DNA of 64,000 nt from an uncultured Gammaproteobacteria bacterium (GCA_963731035.1 CAVSUY010000003.1:49012-113011); one strand, 5' to 3'; positions 10,496 to 20,963 are shown, counted from the first letter of the stretch. Notes: generated by a model not told the origin, from the sequence alone. A program made the numbers and translations.

Positions 10496-11464
10496 TTGAG
10501 CCAACGCCCTCCACTTACCTTCTCCCTGTCTCCGGCCGACAATCAGCGGCTGGCGCTGCTGTGCGGCCAGTTCGACGACAATCTCCGGTTCATCGAAAGC
10601 TACTTCGACGTCAAGATCAATAATCGCGGCCCGGTATTCAGCATCACCGGCGACCCCGAGCATGCCCAGCGCGCGGAGCGGTCGCTACAGGAGCTGTATA
10701 CGGTTACCGAGAAGGACCAGGAGTTCAATGAGGCTACGGTTCAAAGGATTCTGAAGAACATTGGCAACGACGAGGAGGCCGAGCCGGTCCGTAACACCAG
10801 CGTGCGAACCCCGAAGAAGCAGGTCCGCCCGCAGAACGAGCGCCAGCGGATCTACATCGAACGCATCCTGACCGAGGACGTGTGCTTCGGCGTCGGCCCC
10901 GCCGGTACCGGCAAGACCTTCCTGGCGGTGGCCTGCGCGGTGCAGGCTCTGGTGCGTGACGAGGTGCACCGCATCGTTCTCACCCGGCCGGCCGTGGAAG
11001 CCGGCGAACGCCTGGGGTTCTTGCCGGGAGACATCGGCCAGAAGGTGGACCCTTATCTGCGGCCGCTTTACGATGCCCTGTACGAATGCTTCGGCTTCGA
11101 CAAGGTCGCGCGCCTCATGGAGAAGAACGTCATCGAGCTGGCACCCCTGGCTTACATGCGTGGACGCACCCTGAGTGATTCCTTCGTGATCCTGGACGAG
11201 GCCCAGAACAGCACCACCCAGCAGATGCTGATGTTTCTCACGCGCATCGGTTTCGGCTCCAAAGCAGTGATCACCGGCGACATGACCCAGACGGACCTGC
11301 CGCCGGGCACGACATCGGGCCTGCGCCATGCCGTGCAGACACTGGCCAAGGTCAAGGGGGTGAGCGTGACCCACTTTAAGCCGATGGACGTCGTCCGCCA
11401 TCCGCTGGTGCAGCGAATCATCGAAGCCTACGAGGCCAGCAACGGAGAGGGGGATAAATCCTGA
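10496..11464 (+). CDS. ybeZ: PhoH-like ATPase YbeZ
   Basis: GPAGTGKT, RPAVEAGERLGFLPGD and AYMRGRTL motifs; synteny with miaB. Confidence 0.95.
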   Translation: MSQRPPLTFSLSPADNQRLALLCGQFDDNLRFIESYFDVKINNRGPVFSITGDPEHAQRAERSLQELYTVTEKDQEFNEATVQRILKNIGNDEEAEPVRNTSVRTPKKQVRPQNERQRIYIERILTEDVCFGVGPAGTGKTFLAVACAVQALVRDEVHRIVLTRPAVEAGERLGFLPGDIGQKVDPYLRPLYDALYECFGFDKVARLMEKNVIELAPLAYMRGRTLSDSFVILDEAQNSTTQQMLMFLTRIGFGSKAVITGDMTQTDLPPGTTSGLRHAVQTLAKVKGVSVTHFKPMDVVRHPLVQRIIEAYEASNGEGDKS

Positions 11465-11465
11465 G

Positions 11466-11924
11466 GTGGCCCTGCATACGGTGGTGCAGCGCGCCTGTCG
11501 GACTCCCGCCGCACCCGGCACCCGACATATCCGACGATGGGCGAGCGCTGCTTTCCAGGCGTCCGGTCCCCAGGACGGCGATATGGAGCTGACAGTGCGC
11601 ATCGTCGACGAAGACGAGGCTGGGGCGCTCAACCGGACTTACCGCGGCAAGGACTACGCGCCGAATGTGCTGTCGTTTCCCATGAACGCGGGGAAGGAAA
11701 CCGGAACCGGGCTGTTGGGGGACGTGGTGATCTGCGCGCCGGTGGTGGAACGCGAGGCCGCGGAGCAGGGCAAAGTGCCGGAGGCCCACTGGTCCCACCT
11801 GGTGGTCCACGGAGTGCTGCACTGCTGCGGCTTCGAGCACGATACCGAGGAAAAGGCAGAGCCCATGGAATCCCTGGAGCAGCGGATTCTGGCTGAATTC
11901 GGATTTCGGGACCCCTATACTTAG
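11466..11924 (+). CDS. ybeY: rRNA maturation RNase YbeY
   Basis: LNRTYRGKDYAPNVLSF and the HGVLHCCGFEH metal motif. Confidence 0.93.
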   Translation: MALHTVVQRACRTPAAPGTRHIRRWASAAFQASGPQDGDMELTVRIVDEDEAGALNRTYRGKDYAPNVLSFPMNAGKETGTGLLGDVVICAPVVEREAAEQGKVPEAHWSHLVVHGVLHCCGFEHDTEEKAEPMESLEQRILAEFGFRDPYT

Positions 11925-11945
11925 TGCCAAGGGGTACTTAGCTCG

Positions 11946-12830
11946 ATGAACAATAAAGACGAGCCTCCGAGTAGGCCCTGGTGGAGCGGTCCGTGGCGGC
12001 GCCTTCGACGTTGCCTGGGCGGCTCGCCACAGACGCGGGAGGAGGTGCTGGAGATCATTGCGGCGGCGCGCCGTGGCGGGGTGCTGGACCAGGAAACCCA
12101 GGACACCATCCAGCGCGTGCTGCAGGTCGCGGAGCTGCGCGTGCGCGACATCATGATCCCGCGCCCCAAGATGGTGGTGGTGGACCGCTCCGACTCTCCG
12201 AAGGAGCTCCTCCCCGTGCTGATAGAAAGCTCCCATTCACGTTTCCCGGTGGTGGACGGCGAGCGCGACAAGGTCGTCGGGATTCTGTTGGCCAAGGACC
12301 TGCTGCGTTATTTCGAGAATGGCGAGTCCGGCGTCTTCAACATACGGGACATGCTCCGTCCTGCGGTGTTTATCCCGGAAAGCAAGCGCTTGAACGTGCT
12401 GTTGAATGAGTTCCGTGCCAGCCGCAACCACATGGCGGTGGTGGTGGACGAATACGCAGGCGTCGCGGGGCTCGTGACCATTGAGGATGTGCTCGAACAG
12501 ATCGTCGGCGATATCGAGGATGAGCACGATATCGACGAAGAGGCCGACATGATCCTGCAGCGCGGCGAGAACGAGTACGTGGTCAAGGCGCTGCTGCCGC
12601 TCGAGGATTTCAACGAGCACTTTCACACGACCTACGACGACGCCGAGGTGGATACCCTGGGCGGCCTGGTGATTCAGAACCTTGGCCACGTGCCCAAGCG
12701 CGGGGAGAAGCTGCAGATCGACCAGTTCAAGATCGATGTGCTGCACGCCGACAGCCGGCGCATCTACTTGCTCAAGGTCATTGTCGTCCCGAACTATGTT
12801 CCGTCTGAAACTCCGTCAAACGGGTTTTGA
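11946..12830 (+). CDS. corC: CBS/CorC magnesium-cobalt efflux protein
   Basis: HSRFPV and HMAVVVDEYAG..VTIEDVLEQIVGDIEDE motifs. Confidence 0.93.
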   Translation: MNNKDEPPSRPWWSGPWRRLRRCLGGSPQTREEVLEIIAAARRGGVLDQETQDTIQRVLQVAELRVRDIMIPRPKMVVVDRSDSPKELLPVLIESSHSRFPVVDGERDKVVGILLAKDLLRYFENGESGVFNIRDMLRPAVFIPESKRLNVLLNEFRASRNHMAVVVDEYAGVAGLVTIEDVLEQIVGDIEDEHDIDEEADMILQRGENEYVVKALLPLEDFNEHFHTTYDDAEVDTLGGLVIQNLGHVPKRGEKLQIDQFKIDVLHADSRRIYLLKVIVVPNYVPSETPSNGF

Positions 12831-12872
12831 CCGAGGCGTCTCGAGCTCGATGAGTTGGAGCATCCTGGACAA

Positions 12873-12952
12873 TCGCGGTTGAAACCGCTCCTGCAATTCG
12901 AAGATCCGCACCATGCTGAAACCACGGGTTGTAGAAGCGGTTTCAGCCGCGA
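12873..12952. repeat. REP doublet, family A
   Basis: tcgcggttgaaaccgctcctgc (12873-12894), 36-nt linker, gtagaagcggtttcagccgcga (12931-12952). Confidence 0.8.
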
Positions 12953-13035
12953 TGGGTCCGCCGCCACAATCGGGTCGACGCTACTGCGATCGTACCCTCG
13001 ATTCGCAATGCCGTCGTAGCATCGCAACGGCCGGA

Positions 13036-14586
13036 ATGCGATCATCCGGAATCCGGCTGACCCCTGACTCGGAGACGATCCCGATTAATTCCCTGCCCGC
13101 TCAACTGCTGGCCGCCGTCGTCGCCGGCTGCATTGGAGTCTTCGGCTTCGGACCCTTCGACTACTTCTGGGCCGCGCTGGTGTCCGCCGCCGCCGTCACC
13201 TGGTTGTGGTGGGACGCAGCTCCGCGGCGCGCAGCATGGCTCGGTTTCGCCTACGGCGCAGGACTGTTCGGCGCCGGTGTTTCCTGGGTATACGTCAGTA
13301 TGCACGTCTACGGCCACATGTCCCCCTGGATGGCGATATTGGCGGTCATGGTGTTCGTGGCCATCCTGTCCCTTTATCCGGCGCTCGTGGGCTGGATATA
13401 CCGCGGGATCCTGGCGCGCCACCGCGTTGCGGGCACCGTAGTCGGCCTGCCGGCGCTGTGGGCGCTGGGCGAATGGGTCCGCAGTTGGGCGTTTACCGGT
13501 TTTCCCTGGCTCAGCCTGGGTTATAGCCAGGTCGATTCCTGGTTGAGGGGCTGGTCGCCGGTGCTAGGCATCTACGGCGTATCGTGGCTGACGATGCTGA
13601 CCGCGGTGCTGCTGGTATGGATCGGCAAGTACCGGGACCGGCGCCGATGGTATGCGGCGTCCGCCGCCGCGATCATGTGGCTGGCGGGCCTGGTTCTCGG
13701 CCAGGTGATGTGGACGAACCCGGTCGGCAAGCCCGTGAAGGTGGCGCTGGTGCAGGGCAACGTTTCATTGGAGGAGAAGTGGGCCGCTGACAGGCGACCG
13801 GCGATCATGAAGCGCTACCTGGTTTTGAGCAACCACCTGGAGGACCGGGACCTGATCGTATGGCCGGAGGCTGCGCTGCCCTATTTCATCGACGAGGTGG
13901 ACGACCGCGTCTGGCGGAGCATGCGCCAACATCCCGCCGATTTCATCCTGGGCGTGCTGGAGCGCGAGTCGGACGGCCACGAGCTGCACGTGTTCAATAG
14001 CGTAGTGGCCATCACCCACGGAGCCCCGCAGGTATATCGCAAGGCCCATCTCGTGCCTTTCGGCGAGTATCTGCCGCTCAGGCCCTTGTTCGGCTGGGTG
14101 ATCGACTATCTCCACATCCCGATGTCGGATTTCAGTGCCTGGCCCGGGCCGGACCAGGGCCCGTTGAAGGCGGGCGGCACCCTGGTCGGGGTGACTATCT
14201 GTTACGAGGATGCTTTTCCCGAAGACCTCATGAAGTCGCTGCCCGCGGCCGAGATCCTGGCGAACGTCAGCGAGGACGCCTGGTTCGGTCTTTCCCTGGC
14301 GCCGGGCCAGCGCATCCAAATGGCACGGATGCGCGCCATAGAGACCCAGCGCCCGATGCTGCGCGCCGCCAACACCGGCGTATCGGCGATCATCGACGAC
14401 GAGGGCACCATCACTGCCCGCTCCCGGCAGTTCGTGGAAGCCGTAGTAAAGGGCTCGGTGCAGCCGAGAAAAGGCTCGACCCCGTTCATCTTCTGGGGCA
14501 ATCGGGGGATCGTGTCCTTGGCGGGGCTCCTGCTGTTGCTGGCCGTGGTGGTCAATATCCGCAGCCGCGAGACTCAACCCCGGTAG
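13036..14586 (+). CDS. lnt: Apolipoprotein N-acyltransferase
   Basis: FTGFPWLSLGYSQ; catalytic triad motifs WPE, YRKAHLVPFGEY and ICYED; start uncertain. Confidence 0.94.
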   Translation: MRSSGIRLTPDSETIPINSLPAQLLAAVVAGCIGVFGFGPFDYFWAALVSAAAVTWLWWDAAPRRAAWLGFAYGAGLFGAGVSWVYVSMHVYGHMSPWMAILAVMVFVAILSLYPALVGWIYRGILARHRVAGTVVGLPALWALGEWVRSWAFTGFPWLSLGYSQVDSWLRGWSPVLGIYGVSWLTMLTAVLLVWIGKYRDRRRWYAASAAAIMWLAGLVLGQVMWTNPVGKPVKVALVQGNVSLEEKWAADRRPAIMKRYLVLSNHLEDRDLIVWPEAALPYFIDEVDDRVWRSMRQHPADFILGVLERESDGHELHVFNSVVAITHGAPQVYRKAHLVPFGEYLPLRPLFGWVIDYLHIPMSDFSAWPGPDQGPLKAGGTLVGVTICYEDAFPEDLMKSLPAAEILANVSEDAWFGLSLAPGQRIQMARMRAIETQRPMLRAANTGVSAIIDDEGTITARSRQFVEAVVKGSVQPRKGSTPFIFWGNRGIVSLAGLLLLLAVVVNIRSRETQPR

Positions 14587-14606
14587 GTCGGCATTCATCC
14601 CGACCT
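14583..14606 (+). repeat. REP family B copy (GTAGGTCGG..CCGAC)
   Basis: gtaggtcggcattcatcccgacct; its GTAG contains the lnt stop codon. Confidence 0.65.
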
Positions 14607-14616
14607 GCTCGCTCGT

Positions 14617-14653
14617 CGTCATTGCGAGGCGGCGTAGCCGCCGCGGCAATCCA
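14617..14653 (+). repeat. Palindromic repeat family C (CGTCATTGCGAGG..CGCGGCAATCCA)
   Basis: 37-nt element whose two ends match the reverse complement of 54903-54939. Confidence 0.7.
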
Positions 14654-14938
14654 GAGGTCCAATCGCAGTAATCCAAACAACGTGGAGGATGCTGTGTGAT
14701 GTCGGAGTACGGATTGTTCGCAGGAGTGCCCTGCATGAACCGGGGAGGGGTTTGCGCGGGACGCCACGGGTACCTCCCTGTAGGCTCGCCTCCCCCCAAC
14801 CCATGCTCTCCCCAGTCCATTCAACTACCGATCAACGACGGACGCAGTGCAAATTCACAGGCCGTTTGCGCTCAACCTGACCCTTTCCGCAAGCAGGAGA
14901 GGGTACCGGAAAGGTAACAAGGAGTTGGTTTGTTGCCG

Positions 14939-16147
14939 TTACAGGTGGGCCAGTGCCTGTTCCATGTCGGCACACAGATCTTCTGGGTCTTCGATGCCGA
15001 CGGAGAATCTGAAGACGCCGTCGCCGGCGTATTCTCGGTAGGAGCGTTCCTGGGCCGCAGTGAGCTTGAAAGTGGTCTCCAGCATGTCGGCGGTGGGGAT
15101 GTAGAACAGCAGGCTCCGGTGGTGGCCGAGGGACACCGCGTAGTGGATGATGTTGAGGTGCTCGGACAGGATGCGGGCGGCGGCGGGGCCGTCCTGGACC
15201 TGGAAAGAGATCATGCCCGAGTTGTTCTTCATTTGCATTTGCGCCAGCTCACGCTGCGGGTGTGAAGCTAATCCCGGGTAGATCACACGCTTGATCTTCG
15301 GATGGGATTCCAGGAACACGGCCACCGCCTGGGCGGCGCGTTCGTGGGCCTCCATGCGGATCGGCAGGGTCGCCAGGCCGCGCATGATCAGCCAGGCGTT
15401 GAAAGGGCTGATGACGCCGCCGATTCGGACAGCGATCTTACGGCGCAGGTCCGACAGAAGCTCGCGGCCGCCGATGACGGCGCCGCCCAGCGCGTCGCCG
15501 TGGCCGCCCAGGTACTTGGTCAGGGAATGGAGAACCAGGTCGGCGCCGAGCTCGATGGGACGTGTGGCGATCGGCGTGGCGAAGGTCGAATCCACCGCCA
15601 GCAGGGCCCCTGCTTGCCGGGCGATATCCGCTACGGCTTCGATGTCCGTCAGGCGGAGGATCGGGTTGGCCGGGGTCTCGGCATAGACCAGCCGGGTGCC
15701 CGGGGTGACCGCAGCGCGGACTTCGTCGAGGTCGGCCATGTTGACCTTGGTCACCTTCACGCCGATCTCGGGAAACATGTCGTTGGTGAGCTCGGATGCC
15801 GCCGCGTAGGCCACGTCGCTGATGACCAGGTGATCGCCGGGCTTGAGCAGGTGAAAGAACAACGCCGACACCGCCGCCATCCCGGAAGCAAAGGCCATGC
15901 AGGATTCGCCGCCTTCCAGCAGCGCCAGCTTGCGCTCCAGTTGATCGACGGTGGGATTGGACCAGCGCGTATAGAAGAACGGCGTGTCCTCCGACAGGCC
16001 CTCGACCGAGAAAGCGGCCTCGGGATCGGCGATGAAGGTCGAGGACATGACGAGATTCGGTGCTGAGGCCCCGGTGACCGGGTCTGGAGCCTCGCCGCCA
16101 TGCACGGCGATGGTCTTGGGTTTGGCGTTGGATGGGAGCTTGGTCAT
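14939..16147 (-). CDS. PLP-dependent trans-sulfuration enzyme (methionine gamma-lyase / cystathionine gamma-synthase family)
   Basis: YTRWSNPT, FASGMAA, ETPANP, VDSTFATP and HSLTKYLGGHGD (PLP lysine) motifs. Confidence 0.9.
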   Translation of the reverse strand: MTKLPSNAKPKTIAVHGGEAPDPVTGASAPNLVMSSTFIADPEAAFSVEGLSEDTPFFYTRWSNPTVDQLERKLALLEGGESCMAFASGMAAVSALFFHLLKPGDHLVISDVAYAAASELTNDMFPEIGVKVTKVNMADLDEVRAAVTPGTRLVYAETPANPILRLTDIEAVADIARQAGALLAVDSTFATPIATRPIELGADLVLHSLTKYLGGHGDALGGAVIGGRELLSDLRRKIAVRIGGVISPFNAWLIMRGLATLPIRMEAHERAAQAVAVFLESHPKIKRVIYPGLASHPQRELAQMQMKNNSGMISFQVQDGPAAARILSEHLNIIHYAVSLGHHRSLLFYIPTADMLETTFKLTAAQERSYREYAGDGVFRFSVGIEDPEDLCADMEQALAHL

Positions 16148-16261
16148 CGGCTGTTCCTGTTTGATGTGCGTCTTGTCGGTGGGGCATAGCGCCCGTGGAT
16201 TGTCTTGTAATCGTGGCTGACGGCAATCGCTCCCCGCGATTCGCCGCCCTTTCCCCGCTCG

Positions 16262-16341
16262 TGGAGGTCGAAGCCGCTCCTACGATCCGAGGTTCCGCGC
16301 GGTGCCAAAGCCCCGGATCGTAGGAGCGGCTTCAGCCGCGA
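16262..16341. repeat. REP doublet, family A
   Basis: ..gaagccgctcctac ending at 16283, 36-nt linker, gtaggagcggcttcagccgcga at 16320-16341. Confidence 0.8.
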
Positions 16342-16367
16342 TTAAACCCGACCCGCAGTCGCGCACC

Positions 16368-17408
16368 TCAAAAGCGGTCGATAACCAGGATCCCAGGCTC
16401 GCGGCGTCGGTCCAGGCGCGGCAGTTCGACCGCAGCGGCTTCCAGCGTGATGGTATCCGCGACGAGGGCTTCCGGTTCCAGGCGTCCGTCGAGGATCATA
16501 TCCAGCATACCGTCATAGCGGTGCGCCTGCATGCCGTGGCTGCCGACGATCTCCAGCTCACCGGCGATGATCGCGTCCACGGGCAGTGCGGGGCGCGGGT
16601 CCTCGGTTCCCATCAGTCCCACCTGGATATGCCGGCCCCGCTTGCGCAGGCACTCGATGGAATTGGAACAGGTTTGCGGGTGTCCCAGGGCGTCGATGGA
16701 CAAGTGGGCCCCATGCCCCGTCGCGTTCTTCACGCGCCCGGGAACGTCCCGCTCTTTGGCGGCGTTAATGACGACTTCCGCGCCGAGCCGCCGTGCCAGG
16801 TCCAGTATGCCCTCGTCGACGTCGACGCCGATCACCCGTGCGCCCAGGGCGCGGGCGATCATGATTGCCGACAGCCCGACACCCCCGCAGCCATGGACCG
16901 CCAGCCATTGACCCTCGCCCAGTCCACCCTGATCCACAACCGCCCGGAAGGCGGTCGCGAATCGGCACCCCAGACTTGCACCCACCACGAAGCTGACCGG
17001 CTCCGGAAGCGGTACCAGGTTGGTATCGGCGAAATCCACCGCTACCAACTCGGCGAAGGAGCCCCAGTGGGTGAAGCCCGGCTGAAACTGGTTGTCGCAG
17101 ACCTGGTGGTCTCCCTGCCGGCAGTAGACGCAGTGCCCGCAGCCGCACACGAAGGGCAGCGTCACGCGATCCCCTGAATGCCAGCGCGTCACCTCGGCGC
17201 CGACGGCCTCGACAACTCCCGTCAACTCGTGCCCGGGCACGTGGGGCAGGGTGATCGAGGGATCGTGCCCCATCCAGCCGTGCCAGTCGCTGCGGCACAA
17301 ACCAGTCGCGCGCACCGCAATCACGACGCCGTGCTCCGGCGGGCGCGGGTCCGGTACTTCGCGAATGGTGAGAGGCTGCCTGAACGCGTCGAAGACGGCG
17401 GCTTTCAT
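16368..17408 (-). CDS. Zinc-dependent alcohol dehydrogenase (MDR family)
   Basis: [11 protein letters not shown], structural-zinc motif CGHCVYC..C, HGCGGVG. Confidence 0.92.
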   Translation of the reverse strand: MKAAVFDAFRQPLTIREVPDPRPPEHGVVIAVRATGLCRSDWHGWMGHDPSITLPHVPGHELTGVVEAVGAEVTRWHSGDRVTLPFVCGCGHCVYCRQGDHQVCDNQFQPGFTHWGSFAELVAVDFADTNLVPLPEPVSFVVGASLGCRFATAFRAVVDQGGLGEGQWLAVHGCGGVGLSAIMIARALGARVIGVDVDEGILDLARRLGAEVVINAAKERDVPGRVKNATGHGAHLSIDALGHPQTCSNSIECLRKRGRHIQVGLMGTEDPRPALPVDAIIAGELEIVGSHGMQAHRYDGMLDMILDGRLEPEALVADTITLEAAAVELPRLDRRREPGILVIDRF

Positions 17409-17429
17409 CGAGTATTCCGGGACAGGATC

Positions 17430-18773
17430 CTAGGTCAGAAAAAGGGCGGCCAGTCCCAGCACCGAGAAGAAACCCACCACATCCGTAACGGTGGTCAGCG
17501 CGACTCCGCCGGCCAGGGCAGGGTCGATGCCGAGCCTGTCGATGACGATGGGCAGGGCGACGCCGGCTAGCGCAGCGAACACCAGGTTCACGAATATCGC
17601 CGCCGCGACCACGAGGCCCAGCTCGAAGTCGTGGTACCAGACGATGGCCACCAGAGCCACGACGATCGCCCACACCACACCGTTCAGGCTGCCCACCAGA
17701 AACTCCTTTCTCAACACCTTCCAGGCGTTGGCGCCCGAGATGATCCCGGTTCCCAGGCCGCGGATCACCACGGTCAGGGTCTGGGTGCCGGCGTTGCCTC
17801 CCATGCTCGCCACGATGGGCATCAACACTGCAAGCGCCACCAGGCGCTGGATGGTGGTCTCGAACTGCCCGATGACCATGGACGCGATAATGGCCGTGAC
17901 CAGGTTGACGCCGAGCCATACCGAGCGGCTTCGGGTCGTGTATCGCACCGGCGCAAAAATGTCCTCGTCCTCGCTCAAGCCCGCCCGCGCCATGACCGAG
18001 CGGTCCGCGGTCTCGCGGATCACGTCCACGACGTCGTCGATGGTGATGCGGCCGATTACCTTGTAGTCGTCATCTACGACGGGTGCCGAGATCAGGTTGT
18101 ATTTCGAAAACTGTTCGGCGACTTCCTCCTCGGAGTCCAGTGCCTTGAACACCTTGGGCTCGTTGTCGAAATGGTCCATGACACGGTCGCTCGGCGACGC
18201 GGTGAGCAGGGCGGCGAGGCGAAGGATGCCGCGCAGCCGCATCTTGCGGTCCACCACGAACAGCTTGTCGGTGTGATCGGGCAGCCGTCCGAGGATACGC
18301 AGGTAGCGGATCACCACGCGGATGGGAACGTTGCCGCGTACCACCAGCGTATCGACGTCCATCAGGCCGCCGGCGGTGTCCTCCGGGTAGGAGAGGACCT
18401 CGCCCAGTCCTGCGCGCGCGGCTTTGTCTACCGTGAACAGGACGTCCGCCAGGACCTCGTCCGGGAGCACCGGGATCAGGTCGGCGATGTCGTCGGTGTC
18501 GAGCTCCCGGATCGCGGCCACCATCTCCGCCTTGTCCGTATCGGCGAGCAGGTCGGCCTGCACGCCTTCCGAAACCTCTACCAGGACTTCGCCTTTCGTG
18601 GCGGTGTCGATCTCGACCCAGGCCAGGTCGCGCTGCTCCGGCGTCAGGCTCTCCAGCAGCCGGGCGATGTCCGCCGGATGAAGGCCCGCAAGCATCGTCC
18701 TGATGGCCGGGCGGTCCTCGGCATCGATCGCTTCGATCAGGCGGTCGAGCTGCTCTTCGGGGAGATCGGCCAT
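17430..18773 (-). CDS. mgtE: Magnesium transporter MgtE
   Basis: LHPADIA, YPEDTAGGLM, ASMGGNAGTQT and DPALAG..TTVTDV motifs. Confidence 0.95.
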   Translation of the reverse strand: MADLPEEQLDRLIEAIDAEDRPAIRTMLAGLHPADIARLLESLTPEQRDLAWVEIDTATKGEVLVEVSEGVQADLLADTDKAEMVAAIRELDTDDIADLIPVLPDEVLADVLFTVDKAARAGLGEVLSYPEDTAGGLMDVDTLVVRGNVPIRVVIRYLRILGRLPDHTDKLFVVDRKMRLRGILRLAALLTASPSDRVMDHFDNEPKVFKALDSEEEVAEQFSKYNLISAPVVDDDYKVIGRITIDDVVDVIRETADRSVMARAGLSEDEDIFAPVRYTTRSRSVWLGVNLVTAIIASMVIGQFETTIQRLVALAVLMPIVASMGGNAGTQTLTVVIRGLGTGIISGANAWKVLRKEFLVGSLNGVVWAIVVALVAIVWYHDFELGLVVAAAIFVNLVFAALAGVALPIVIDRLGIDPALAGGVALTTVTDVVGFFSVLGLAALFLT

Positions 18774-18908
18774 GGCGCTTAGTATCCTGGCGGCACGCGG
18801 TCAACGGGCGGAGCGCTCAAGTTAGCATACTTCATTCCGCGGTATCCAATTCAGGGGGGCGCGACCGGCGACGATGACGTGTCGGTCGAACCTTCGGCAG
18901 ATGACGGT

Positions 18909-20636
18909 TCAGGAACGATCCAGGGCCGTGACGAGATCGCGGATATCCTGGCTGTTCCTGCATTCGAGGACTTGTTGCGCGACGTGTTCCGAGGCGGCCA
19001 CTTCCGTGCCCAGGACCTTCTTTTTGACTTCCAGCAGCACTGCGGCATCCATGCTGAAAATGCGCAGTCCCAAGCCCAGCAGCAGCTTGGTGAACTTCGG
19101 ATCACCGGCCATCTCGCCGCACATCGTGACCGGTATGTTCGCCCGCCGGCCGGCGTCGATGGTCATCTTGATGAGCCGCAGAACGGAAGGGTGCAGGGGA
19201 TCGTAGAGGTAGTTGACTTCGTCATCCACGCGGTCGATGGCCAGAGTGTACTGAATGAGATCGTTGGTTCCGATGGACAGAAAGTCGAGCCGCGACGCGA
19301 ACAGGTCCGCGCAGACCGCTGCCGCGGGAACCTCGATCATGCCGCCTATGGGCAGGTCCTCGTTGAACTGCTTTCCTTCCCGCCGGAGCTCTCCCTTGAC
19401 TTCCTCGATGAGGTCCATGACCTGCGTCAGCTCGTCGAGGTTGGAGAGCATGGGGATCATCATCTGCACCTGCCCGCAGGTGGAAGCGCGAAAGATGGCC
19501 CTGAGCTGGGGCTTGAACAGTGATGGTTCCTTAAGGCACAAGCGCACCGCACGCAGTCCCAGGGCGGGATTGGTGGGGTCTTCGCCGCGCCCGCCGTCCA
19601 CCTGCTTGTCGGCACCCAGGTCCAGGGTTCGGATGGTGACCGGGTTCTTCATCTGTTTCATGACCCGGCAATAGGCGGTGAACTGTTCCGTTTCCTGGGG
19701 CGGCCGGGAGCGGTTCATGAACAGGTACTCGGTGCGGTACAGGCCGACGCCGTGGGGATTCGCCTTCATCGCCGAGTCGATATCCCCCGGCAGCTCGATA
19801 TTCGCCAGCAGGGTGACCGCTACCCCGTCCCTGGTGACGGCGGGCTTGGAGACCAGCGTCTGGAGCTCGAGCTGTTTGGCTTCGACATACCGGCGCCGCC
19901 GCTCGAAGGCCTGCAGGATCGCTTCGTCCGCTCCTGCCATCACGATCCCGCGCTTCCCATCCACCACCACCACTTCGTCGTGGTCGATATAGCGCGTCGC
20001 CCCGTGCAGGCCGACGATGGCGGGTATGTTCAGGCTCCGGGCCAGGATGGCGGTGTGCGAGATCGGCCCGCCGAGGTCTATGGCGAAGGCGGCCGTCTTG
20101 TGGTTTTTGAGCAAGACGGCGTCCGCCGGCGACAGATCGTGGGCGATGATGATCCGGCCTTCCAGCTGATTCGTGATGTGCCCGAGCGTTTCGTGACGGA
20201 TGTTGAGGAGGTTTCGCTGGATGCGGTTCACCACGTGCTCTACGTCCTGGCGCTTGCTGCGAAGGTATTCGTCGTCCATGGCGTCGAATGCCTCGATGAG
20301 AGCCGATGAATGGATCTGCAGAGCGCGTTCGGCATTGAGATTCATGGTTCGGATCGTCTCGATCGGCTGGTCGACGATCAGCGGGTCCTGGAGCATCAAC
20401 ACATAAGCGTCGATGAAAGAAGCGCTCTCCGACGGGGCGCCTGCAGGGATGTTGGCGGCGATGTCTTCGAGCTGCCTGCGGGCCTTTCTTAGAGCCTTTC
20501 GAAATCGCTCGATCTCCTGTTTCTGCTCGCTCTCCGGTATGGAGTATTCCGGTATGTTGACTGTTCCGCCGCTGAGCACAAAGGCCCTGCCAATGGCGAT
20601 GCCCTTACCGACGCCGGCTCCGTGCAGTATGAGCAT
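18909..20636 (-). CDS. ptsI: PTS enzyme I (no GAF domain)
   Basis: SHTAILARS phospho-His, GLYRTE, SIGTNDLIQY and MCGEMAG motifs; 575 aa. Confidence 0.93.
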   Translation of the reverse strand: MLILHGAGVGKGIAIGRAFVLSGGTVNIPEYSIPESEQKQEIERFRKALRKARRQLEDIAANIPAGAPSESASFIDAYVLMLQDPLIVDQPIETIRTMNLNAERALQIHSSALIEAFDAMDDEYLRSKRQDVEHVVNRIQRNLLNIRHETLGHITNQLEGRIIIAHDLSPADAVLLKNHKTAAFAIDLGGPISHTAILARSLNIPAIVGLHGATRYIDHDEVVVVDGKRGIVMAGADEAILQAFERRRRYVEAKQLELQTLVSKPAVTRDGVAVTLLANIELPGDIDSAMKANPHGVGLYRTEYLFMNRSRPPQETEQFTAYCRVMKQMKNPVTIRTLDLGADKQVDGGRGEDPTNPALGLRAVRLCLKEPSLFKPQLRAIFRASTCGQVQMMIPMLSNLDELTQVMDLIEEVKGELRREGKQFNEDLPIGGMIEVPAAAVCADLFASRLDFLSIGTNDLIQYTLAIDRVDDEVNYLYDPLHPSVLRLIKMTIDAGRRANIPVTMCGEMAGDPKFTKLLLGLGLRIFSMDAAVLLEVKKKVLGTEVAASEHVAQQVLECRNSQDIRDLVTALDRS

Positions 20637-20639
20637 CGG

Positions 20640-20909
20640 CTATTCCTCCTCGCCGAACAGGTCGTCGATCAAGGTCGCCACGGACTCCATCGCCTGCGTT
20701 TCGTCCTCTCCTTCAACGTGCAGCTCCAGCTCGGTACCCTGGGAAGCGGCGAGCATCATGACGCCCATGATGCTCTTGGCATCGGCGCTCTTGACGCCGT
20801 TGAGGACCGTTACGGTGCTTTCGAAGCGGCCGGCCGTGTTCACGAGCTTCGCCGCCGCCCGCGCGTGCAGGCCCAGCTTGTTTCTGATAGTGACGGTTTG
20901 TCGAAGCAT
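20640..20909 (-). CDS. ptsH: Phosphocarrier HPr/NPr
   Basis: NKLGLHARAAAKLV and DAKSIMGVMML motifs. Confidence 0.92.
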   Translation of the reverse strand: MLRQTVTIRNKLGLHARAAAKLVNTAGRFESTVTVLNGVKSADAKSIMGVMMLAASQGTELELHVEGEDETQAMESVATLIDDLFGEEE

Positions 20910-20963
20910 CGATTACGGTTGCAGACTGGTCGTGAAGATATTAAATCAGAAACCCGTATTCCT

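Noticed and set aside
9169-10542. Many long antisense or alternate-frame ORFs (for example 457 aa opposite miaB, 500 aa opposite hsp20/argB)
   Set aside because: Shadow ORFs expected at high GC; they overlap well-supported genes and have no recognisable motifs.
11800-11845. YbeY motif HGVLHCCGFEH differs from HGxLHLLGYDH
   Set aside because: All three metal-binding His residues are intact; ordinary variation.
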